A stretch of 64,000 bases of DNA from Pocillopora damicornis (lineage: Eukaryota). Location: the NCBI RefSeq assembly GCF_003704095.1, contig NW_020844538.1, positions 1 to 64,000 of the forward strand, written 5' to 3'. Numbering within the stretch: position 1 is the stretch's first letter; each line of letters begins with the position of its first letter. Positions 41,701 through 52,700 of this stretch are shown in pieces. A model generated the notes under the pieces. That model saw only the letters and a program-made list of their open reading frames with translations. It was not told the origin of the DNA and did not search any database. The position numbers were made by a program, and so were the translations under genes.

Positions 41701-42878
41701 GATTTATTTTAGGTTTGTTTCAAAATTATTGCTCTCACATCCATTCCTTGTAGAAATCACATGTACTGATATACACAACAGGTTAAGCAAAAACATTTTG
41801 ATAATTGCGTATTGAAACGCTGAAGAATAAGCACGAACTTCAGTATTTAAAGTTCCAGCAATATATAGAAAATCTTGTTTTTGTTTTTCAGATTGCTACT
41901 GAAGATCATTGGCCAGGTTTAAGGGTACTTATTCTGGTGGTAAGACCATTGACAGAGAGACAATTTCACAGTCCATTACGATAGTTGAAAATCAATGATA
42001 CAATTCCCTAAACAAGGATTATTGATAACTAAGTACCTCATACGTATTGGCAAAACGAGCTGAACTGCACTTGAGGTCAGTCAACATCTTCAAGAACAAA
42101 ATAAAATGGATCCGAGAATTTTTCGCGCTCTTTACAGATTTCAGACATTGCTTTTTGCCTCCACAGGAATTTTGGATCCTTAAGCGTCCTTCGTCTTCTT
42201 GTGCTATTTAAATATACACTTCAGCTTTTTGCCTTAAGATATCAGTCTTTGTTTGACACCAACCTGAGATGTTGAAGGAACGTAACTCATTCTTATTAGA
42301 GAGCAGAAAAAGAAGCTACTTGGCGCAACTGATATACATCCTTGTCTCACTTTTAGGTCAATGAACACAAAAAAGGCACAAGTAGTACTGATGGAATGAA
42401 AAGAAGTGTAGAAACCAGTGATTTACTTAAGGTACGCCCTGACAAGTTTTCACGCAACAGTTGGGGTATAGCAAACATTTGTGTAACGTTTGCCTTTCCA
42501 ATTAACGGTGTACAGCAGTTAGAAAAGAGAATTCGCATAAAGGCCCCAATTCAACGAGGATCTCAACTTGGAGGTCGTATATGTCATTTTAGCCTCACGA
42601 AAGCCACAGTTTAGTACCACTGTGGTGGTTTTGCAACCATTTAACGTATACCAACACGTTTACACATTTTGGGCTCTTTACCAGTTTAGATCTGAGTTTT
42701 GTGTTCCTGAGAGAATGAAGATAATGAAGAAAGCAATCTCGGAGAGAGATTTTGAGACATTTGCAGAAACTACAATGAAGGTAATAGTTTTTGTTCTGAT
42801 TGTTTAAATTCATTTTCGGTTATTCTTTGCTGTGTCACGCGATGGGAAAAGAGCTCTCATTACTACCTGAATAAAGGT

Positions 42879-42921
<43 letters not shown>

Positions 42922-45297
42922 TATAACAGGGTAATTAAGTATTATCAACTGAGTTGATAACGTAAATTGGCCACCGTAAAGAGTTAAAAAGCTGACATTT
43001 GAATCCAATCCAATCTCTCTGACGAGGGGCTAACGCTCGAAACGTCAGCTTTTAAACTCTTAATGGTGGCCAATTTACGTTATAAACTCTGTTGATAATG
43101 CCAAATTACTCTCTCTATCATCGTGGCGTTGCGGGACTTTTCCATTGCATGCTAAGAGAGAAACCTCCGCGGAATTCTGCGTTGAATGTGAACGTTTCAA
43201 CATAGTTGGTTAATTAGCGCTCACATGTGGAATGTGTTCAGTCTATGAGAACGTTTCAAGGTATAATTTTGTTCTTGTGTAGGAAAGCAATCAGCTGCAT
43301 GCAGTGTGCCAGGACACCTACCCTCCCATCGCACCACCATACATGAATCAGACCTCACACAGTATAGTTCAGCTGGTCACCCTGTACAACAACTTCTGTG
43401 GTCAACTTAAGGTAATAAAACTTTTGGTTAGCGTGTGATCAATTGCCCATTTTTGCATTCTACAAGTGTTGCTGCTTGAAACGTTTTTATGTTTTACTTG
43501 AAGGACTATTTAGGTCTCTTTGAATCCTACTGTGTAGAAAACTTAACCACACATCAGAGATTATAAGAATCGCCTTAGAACTCCTTTTGTGTTAACTTCA
43601 ATCGAACTCACGCGGTGTGCCTTCTTCCGTGCGCGCAATATTTGCTCTTTTGTCCCCTTTTATCTGCATAGCAATTAGAATTGGCCAATCGTGTTTGCGG
43701 TGGGCGTGGCTCTAAATCTATCCCCAGAGTCTTTCACCACATTCTCAAACTGCCTCGTATCGAAATCCTTTGGTTTCAGACTAAAATAAAATAACTAGGC
43801 TGTTTAACTGGAAAACTTCAGATTGCATCTCTGAGCAGAAGCAGATACAAGGTCTGATTTAGTGAAACACGGATCAAACCACACCAGGTGCTATTGACGG
43901 ACTCTGTTGTATTCTCCACGTCATTAGGTTGCCTACACATTTGATGCCGGACCCAACGCGTTCTTGTTTGTAATGGAAAACGATATTGCAGAAATTTCGT
44001 CGCTTATTAGACACTTCTTTCCTCCAGAAACCGACAGAGGGTAAGTAAACCAGATGAGTGACAGAGAAAACGATAAATTAGCCATCTGGAATAACAGTTC
44101 TGAGCTTGTTACGTCTTACTTTGCAAAGCGGAGCTTGGGAGTATTTCATTAGTGATTTTTCTGTTCGCACTCTCTCTCCATTTGAGTACTAACCTCAGCC
44201 CCAGGTGTTTCTCGGTCCAATTGTTTTTCCAAGATGGCGGTTGATTTTTAAGGTTGAGAGGTATTTTTATCTTGAAAACTGACCGAGAGCTTTGGAACGA
44301 GGCTGACGAGTTGCTTGTCCATCAACGTTACTCTTAGGCGTATTTGTCCGGTGTCCTTGCAACACATTTTTCGCGCTGCCCTGGCGAGGAGATTCTTTTT
44401 GAAAAAAAAGTGCCTTCACGAGTTGCACACCAAGGTTTTTCCAACCAGGGAATACTTAATCCGCCGCACCCCACTAAGGTCTGTGGATTTCCAACTGATG
44501 CTGCGAAGTTTGGCGCTTCGTGGAACACGCGTAGTTGCAGTTTGGTCGCCCTGTTCTCACAGTGTTTGGTTTTCAACCTTTGCGTGCGTTTTCTAACATC
44601 TATTTTTCCATTTATAGATTTATTCAAGGAATGGAAGTAAAATCTCAAACTGATTTAAACAAGGTGTGATGTATTTGTCGTGTGAAGGGTAGCACAGAGA
44701 TTACATGCTCCTGATATCACAAACTCCCACTTAAGGTAAACAACCCTCGAGTTTTAATCCAGGGTTAAGCTCACAAATTTTTTTTTCGGTTTGCAGAATC
44801 TTTTGAAGTCGATTACTATTGAACCATCTCCAGGAGCTGTAAAGTACGTTATTTCAACAAAGGTGAGCATGTAATCCTTTGTTCTTCATCTTTGACAAAC
44901 TGAACCATTCTGATAGCACGGCGCGGCACACTCCTAGGAAGCCAAATTTTGCCTGTTGCTTTCTCATTTCTCTCCGCGTAAAGGCATTGGTTACAACTCC
45001 ACGTTTTTTCATTAAAAACAGTATCTCGTCACAGATCAGCTATAAGCAATGTTTGGTGACAAACTTTCAATTTTAGTGAAAGCCCCGAACACAAGCGAAT
45101 ACAAAGGGAGAAATCGTGCTCTAAGTGCATAAGCATATGAACTCTCCCATGTCGCGAAAGTGTGTGTTTTGTAATTCAGTGTGATAGTAATGAATTATTA
45201 TTATTTATTGATATTTCTCTCTTAGGTTGGCAGTGGCCCAAGTGAACTGGGCGAAGAACATAGCCTTCTTGATGAAAATGGGCTGCCCAAACCCTAA
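38779..45297 (+). CDS. MVD: Diphosphomevalonate decarboxylase, about 15 exons
   Basis: Exons: 38779-38875 ([14 protein letters not shown]), 38995-39065 ([20 protein letters not shown]), 39571-39638, 40008-40057, 40300-40416 ([18 protein letters not shown]), 40987-41041, 41257-41353 ([17 protein letters not shown]), 41892-41939, 42357-42431, 42685-42780, 43283-43411 ([15 protein letters not shown]), 43928-44040 ([11 protein letters not shown]), 44618-44663, 44797-44862, 45226-45297 (VGSGP...[10 protein letters not shown]-stop). Confidence 0.96.
40867..40889. repeat. (AC)n microsatellite
   Basis: About 11 AC units in an MVD intron. Confidence 0.9.
42876..43110 (+). mobile_element. Penelope-type non-autonomous hairpin element with a minimal hammerhead ribozyme motif (MVD intron)
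   Basis: Long imperfect inverted repeat. CTGACGA-G-GGGC-TAAC-GCTC-GAAAC-GTC-AG at 43019-43048. Its 5' part (GGTAAGTTTCTAAAGAAACTGTGGTGCTGCGTCGGTGGGAGAGTAT) is near-identical to the element at 46675. Confidence 0.75.
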
Positions 45298-45413
45298 CAT
45301 AACAAGAACTGTCTTGCAGTACTGTCCACTAATGGCCTCTCTTATTTCCAAGAACTCCAACAAGATAGACGCTTTTGAGAGACTTTTTCTACGCCTGTAA
45401 TGCTATTCCTTCG

Positions 45414-46672
45414 TTAGCTTGTCTGTAACTGAAAGTTAAAATCTATTTCTCCCGTGCTTGGTTCAAAACTGACATCATAACTCATACAAGAAGTATTTTC
45501 ATTTGCAAGAGTTAAATCGTGAATCTTAGTTGGCGACTTCACAAAGTATACTCCTTGCTTTGTGTGGCGAACCCAGTTTATTTTAGATATCTCTTCTGCA
45601 CCATCTTTTTTCTGTAAGCAAAGAACAAATCGGTGGATCAATCATATATTTGAACGAATTCAACCAATTTTATCAAACATAGAAACTTTCCAGGGGTGTC
45701 GGAAGAATTCTGGATTTGCATTGATTTTGCTTTACAACGCTCTCTGATTGGCCTGAAAGTATCACGCCACTTTTTCAATTGGCCAGTCAGATGCAAAACT
45801 AGAGCCAAACATGGCTTGGCCACTCGAGTTTTCTGACGTTTGCGGTTAGATGTTTCTACTGTGAGTTCTCTTTTACTTTTTTTATGTTACCCTTTGTCGT
45901 AATCGGCTAATGTGATCACTTAGAATTTTTTGCTATGGCACACTCCATCAAAATCTCTTAACTCAAAAAAATGAAATGTTTCTTAAAAAATAAAGGAAAT
46001 AATGATTTAGTCATATCTCACCTGTTGTAATCCTGTAGTAACGGTTAATTTATCAGTGAGGTGGAAGTCCATCCAGATTGCTACACCATGAAAAGTGCCA
46101 GGCCTAATAACAGAGACACATACCCTGAATAAAATTTACAACTGGGAAAGTATATAACTGTGTTACTGACTAAAAGAAGTCATCCTTCTTTCGTCAAATC
46201 AGCTCTCAGTCTCCGCATCGTGAAATTTTCCCTCTTTGTACCCACTTAAATAGAACGATGTTTTCATGTATCTTTTGTTTGTTTGTTTGTTTCTTTTTTC
46301 CATCAAAATGGTAAAAATCAGACAGTGCGTTGACTTTAACCCACCGTGAACTGTCTACCTTAATTCGTGTTTGATTTTAAACGTTGCTTATAGGAGTAAC
46401 ATTACACATGAATGAATAACAGCCATACTGAAGGGGCGTGAAACACAATTTGGTGCCCACAGATGTGGACAATATCGACCCTGTGTTCCCTTAGAGTGAC
46501 TAGCATCTAATTTCTCCTTACAATATCACCCCTAAATCAAACTTTGAGGTCACAAGATTGAAGGAAATGATCACCAACTAAAGAAGCTCCTGATTGTTAA
46601 CCAAATTCTCCTCGTCAGCTCCTTAATAAATGTATAGCGAACAATATGGAGAATAGGCATACTGATGTTAAA

Positions 46673-46717
<45 letters not shown>

Positions 46718-49700
46718 TATAGCAGGTAATTTAGTGTAAACAACTGGGTTGAAAACGTAAATTAGCCACCGTAAAGGGTAAAAAAGCTGACGTTTCGAGC
46801 GTTAGCCCTTCGTTAGCCCTATCGCTCTGACGAAGGGCTAACGCTCGAAACGTCAGCTTTTTTACCCTTATACTGATGTTAAGGTTTACAGGGTTAACAG
46901 AACTCCAAACTGGTAAATAACCGTAGCTGTTTAATAACCTCGTAAGTTTCGCTTCTCCTTTGCTTTCCATTTTCTGGCTTGGTATATTTGAAGTGAAGTC
47001 AAATTCCATTAGGGTGAATTCCTGAGTTAGAGGATGGCACGGATACTCCCACAAGTGATGAGGCTCCAGTGCTATCCCATCACTACTTTCACTGTTGATT
47101 TCTTCATTTGTAAGTTTTGATCCCTGAAAGACAACAATCGATAGTCGAACTGGCTCTGGTTAGCCTGCCCAACTGGCACTTGATCAAACAGAGCGCGAGC
47201 GATTTAGATAAGGGGAACGAGAATTCACGCGCGCACGAGAAAAGAATGTCTGTGACACGCACGTGTTTCTTGCGTGACATCTTGGATGACACGAGACTAG
47301 CGTGTTAAGATGCCACACGTGTAGCTTCTTAGAACTCGAGAAATGAGGTAAAATTATATACATTTCTGTTAACCGCAAGACTTAAGTTATCTGTGTTTCT
47401 GAAATGGCTCACTGCGATAATAAAATGAAAGGCAGTGAAGTTTCAGTTCCTTTTCTCTTCGCTCAGGATGTGATTTCGCACATGGAGATATCAATTTCTC
47501 CCTTTGATGCATTGAATATTTCAAATGGCAATCTAACTTATGACTTAATGCGTATGCAAAAGTTTATTAAGTCTATTTTACCTCTATTAGTTCGTCAAAC
47601 AGTGAGATATCAAATCCTTCCACGATATTCACAGGGGCATGGAATTTCCAAAGGTCATCAAACTCCACTAAAAAAGTTAAAAAAGAATTCTCAGTGAACC
47701 GATTATATAATGTAGGTAATCTTCTCTACAAAACAAAAATCTAAAATGCTTTGGTGAGTGTCTAGTTACATGCCGCGGAAAGAGAAACTAAAACGAAACC
47801 GTGTAAAAACTACGAGTATAGAACAACCGACGCATCCACCTCAAACCTCTTGTACTCTTCCCTGACAACTCTTTGTGGATTGTTTCGATTTAACCACAAA
47901 AGAGAAATAAATTTTGGGCTGGTTACAGTATGTGCAAGCACTTATTCAGTGACTAACCTTACCTCACACAAACAAATGAAACAAGAGGATTGAATGAAAC
48001 ATACGAGACTTAAAACTTTTGCCAATATCTTTTGGTAATTTCCATTAACCCACCTGCTATTGCCTTCAAGGTTGCACCCTTAGGTAATATCTTGACTGCT
48101 GGTTTGCTTACTCTAGCGGCACTGGCTGCCGCGTACCAGAAATATAGATTGTGCCACGGAAACAGGCAACTTGTAAAAAACGGCTCACCTATAATAACAT
48201 CAACCTGAAAAGAGTATACACAGACATCAAAAGGATTCTTGTAAACTGCTACCACAGCACGGAATAATTATTGTAGACATCTACAACAAATCATTAATAT
48301 CTTGCCACTGGCTATAAAAATGATTTTATGGTGTGGCTTTCTCCGCGAGTAGGCAAGATGAAATGATTCATGTGTTCTAAATGTCTACCCGCTCGCCCGC
48401 TTTGAGATTCCGTAGGAAAAAGTAAAAATTGTGACCAGTTTAATTATTCCATCATTTCCTGTTGTAAAAAAATGTTTTCACAGTAGTAGGATCACAAAAA
48501 ATATTTTGAAGTCGATAAACTCAATGAAGGCCGCAGCGAGTTTCAGGAATTTCTTTCTATAGTTTTGTCTTTTTGCCAATACTAAATCCTTTTGATTAAT
48601 CTCGCTCGCTCAAATTGGCCAGACGCTGTCTAACTTTTCATTCATTCGTTCATATTTTTTTGGCGCAAAAAAAAAAAGAAATTGCCAGCTTCCAAACTAC
48701 TTGAATAAACTAGACGCATGTAATGTGCGTGCATGTACTCATGCACTCGCATTGGTAAAATCTAAGCTCAGTCTTGATACAGTATTCACACTTCTCTCAC
48801 GTGAACCTCGCATTGTGAAAGTCATGTGAAAACCATTTGAGAAGCATGTGCAAAATGTCATCCCTTTAAAAGAATGTTATCACATGCTTTTCAACTAGTT
48901 CTTGAAGCCTACACGTGAGAAACTCGGACTTACTCAGGCGCTCATAAGCCTCTACGACGATTTGTAATAACTGACCGCGCTTGACCCGAATTTTTAAGCC
49001 GAGCTCTCTACGGAGAGCGTCTGAGTAACAAGCTGGATCAATATCTCGAAGGACTTTGTGAGATCCTGATAGTAAAATAATGCGTCGTCTTTTTTTTTAA
49101 GTTTTCTTTTCTTTAACAAATTCCGCAATTTTTCTCACGTGTTTTTGCTGGCTTTTTCAGTCTTTTTCTCTGCCTAAGAACCCAGTAGGGGCTATACAAC
49201 TGTCAGTATGTAAATGTTGAATCACTGGCACTTAAACCCGGCTTTTGGATGAAAAGCTAAAACACTTCAACGGTTAAACAAATACATTTACGCCCACGAC
49301 AGGAAAAAACAATTACCATTTAATATGATTTTTTTTCTTGTCTGTGCATGACACGTGATCATATTTATTTCAATTTACCTGGACAGTTGATAAGTCCCTA
49401 ATCTGCAGATCTGACTCTTCTTGACTAAGAATCTCTATTTTGTCAGCTATTCCATTTAAATCCATAATCTGACAAAGAAAGAAAACGAGATGGTGAAAGG
49501 GTGTAACGATTCAGTGACACGCCATTGGGGAGAAATAAATGTAATGGGGGAGGTAAGTAAGCCTTTATACGGGCCCAAGTGGCCCATGGGGCCGGTGCTT
49601 AACTCTGGTTTTCTTAGCATGAAGCGGCTAGGAGTATTGCTACTCCCCCCTGGATGGGATGCTGGTCCATCGCAGGGTTACCACCAGCACATTTTCTGGT

Positions 49701-52700
49701 ACACATTTGTACACCTGGGTGAAGAGAAGCACTGTGAGAGTAAAGTGTCTTGCCTAAGAACACAACACAATGACCCTGGCCAGGGCTTGAACCCGGACCA
49801 CCTAATCCGGAGTAGAGCGCACTAACCATGAGGCCACTGTGCCTCCACAAGGGGGAGGTAAACAGTCAGTTATTTCCTTGCTGTTGTTACCTTTCTTAAC
49901 CTTTTAACTCCTTGGAGCTACTAGCATCTAATTTCTCCCTGTAGGAACACCCCTGAATCAAACATGAAGATCACGCGAATACAGGAAATGATCACAAACC
50001 ACAGAAGCTCTAGATTTTTAAACAAATTCTCTTTGTCAGCACCTTAGGACATAAATAGTAAATAGTACGGCAAATATAAATACTGATGTTAGGGTGTAGT
50101 GGGTTATTTTAAGTAAACTGAACAAAACAATTAAGCCGTATGTAAATATGTGAAACACAACAAGAAGTAAAAGGATCAGTTTGACTAAGTTTGAGGAGAT
50201 CAAGGTTACACCAGCACAACAAAAAGACAAAGATATTGCTAATTTCATGTACCAACCCAGCTTAGCATTTTTAAAATAAGCCAAAACAGAATATATCAGT
50301 CAACTAAGATAGGTGAGATGTTGAGACCACCTTAACAATAAAAACAGCTCCAACTCACCTTCTTTAGAAGCTTTTGAAATAATACTGATGACTCTACTGT
50401 AATGACCTACAAGACAGACATGAGTAATTACTACTTCATCACCAGTTCATTTTTGATCTACATCCACGTTTTTGTTTTTGGTGACATTTCATCAATTCAC
50501 TGTATCATTGCTTTAATTACCTTCTCAAAACCGAGTTTGGCTGCCATGACAGGAAGCAATGACCCATCACTGATACACAGACATCTAGAATGACCCTCTG
50601 CAACCAACTGGCAAAAAAATAAACATCTTGTTGGTAACTGATTTTATTAGATTTATCCTTCAATTTCTATTTAGTAGACTCCCCTGCAACATATGTATGG
50701 AAGGGGTAAAAGTGGGAGGATAATCTGGTTAATACAGTGGAAATTCACGTAGGATGTAGCTGTTTTTACTTGGTTTACAGGAACTCCTCTGAAATTGTCA
50801 CATAATAATAATCCAAACCTTGAACTGGCAAGAGGCAAAACATTTACCAGTAGGTTAATTTTGTAGTGAAATGGAGTTGTTGAACTAGAGACAAATCCAG
50901 CTTGAGGTCAGCTTAAGATCAAAAATTAAACAAATTGTATCACCCAGTGGGTCTGTTCAGATTCCCAATGCAATTGACCAATTTGACTAAGAGACCAGTG
51001 ACCTGTATAATTAAGGATTGAGAAACTCCTTAAGGAGGGAGGGAGGGAGGGAGGGGAGGGGTTTTTTTTTTTAGGGCACAAGACTTAGTACTTATTTAAG
51101 AGGTTCAAGGAACTAATTTGTAACCTGTCTCAATGCCTCTTTAAAAGCCTGTGATCTTTGCCTGTCATTCAACAAAGCAAATCTGTGACGACTCCAGGTG
51201 ACATGGGCACCACATGTGCAGAGCGGACGATCAACTGTTGTTACAATTCTGAATACACAAAACATTAATATGTCACACAATTAATAACATAGTAAAACTC
51301 AGATCTTTGCATAATAAGGCTAATGAGGTCAACATTACTCTCAAACATTATATACCTTTTGCCCCAGTTATAATGATTAGTTTCTTTTCCAGGGTCTAGA
51401 TGTACAAAATGACTTGGAACACAAATATGACAAATTCATGATCCAGAGTGAACCTGTTTGATAAATTACTAAACCTACTGAAACCTTGTGAACAAATACC
51501 TCTTAAAGAGAGGCTTGATAGAGCATGAAGATAATATGTAAACACTTACAAATAGACCCCTCAATAAATTGAGCTCCCTATAAAATGCAAGGACTTGAAG
51601 TAATCAAACTCTGCCACTATGTGTTGGACATACCTATTCACTGGTGTGACATCGAACCAAATGCTGTAGTCATCATGGTAACAGTGAACATTTATTTTGT
51701 CACCTGTGGGGGAGAAATTTCATTTGATCAAAAATTTGTCCCATTCTTATCAATTTTTTGGAGTACAACAACTAATTTGCTGAGGGTTTTTACCATTAAT
51801 GTCATTAAACCCTTGTAAAAGATAATGTAAGTGCTGTTAAATTATCAGATTTCAAATTTTTCAAATCTGGCACCTTCTTGCATGGCCAACGGTGTCTTTA
51901 AGAAATAGACAGCCTGCATCCAATGATCTCTCCACTATCAAACAAAACAAGAAATGAAACCCATAATTTATTTCATTTGAAAAATAGTAATAGATGATAT
52001 ATGTCAACTAAATACCACCCTCTCTCCAATCTTCGAATCAACAGAACTTATCTTCTTAGGGGAAAATTGCCAGACATAATAAACTCTCAAGAACATCCAA
52101 CAAAGTAACATGCAGTATTGGTTAGGAGAATTAGTTTTCAAATCTGAGAATAGGAAAGGTTAACCTTTTACACCCTAACATCAGTATTCATATTCTCTAT
52201 ACAGTTCTCCATACATTTACTAAAGCACTGATAAGGAAAATTTGTCTAACAATCAGCAGTTTCTTTGGTTGGTGATCATTTCCTTTATTCTCATGACTTA
52301 AATGTGTGATTCAGTGGTGATATTGTAAGGAGAAATTAGATGCTAGTCACTCTTAGGGGTTAAAGGGTTAAGTGAAAACAACACTTTCTAAACACCTGTC
52401 TTTTGTGGCCATCAGGGTGTACCCAGCGTGGAGCAGTTGACAAGATAATTTCACCATTCATGTCCATATCTAAAGACCACCACATGACCACTCCATGTAC
52501 AGGACCTGTCTGGGTGACTGAAGCCTCAACATGATAATGAGACACTGTTTTATCACTGTCAACTTTGTCTTTGGTCTCTGGTATTGACACTCTGTTGGTG
52601 CAGTGGGTATTCTTTGACTGACATCCACTACAGAATTCAACCCTGACAAGAGAAGGTTATTATCAATGACTATGCTGTTAGGTTAATACAAATAATGTCA

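Noticed and set aside
49490-49825. 111-aa ORF similar to the ORF at 54925-55197
   Set aside because: Both are antisense translations of the same SINE family.
49780-49850. tRNA-like sequence with A and B boxes
   Set aside because: It continues into a SINE body with a TSD and lacks a proper acceptor stem. It is a SINE head, not a tRNA gene.
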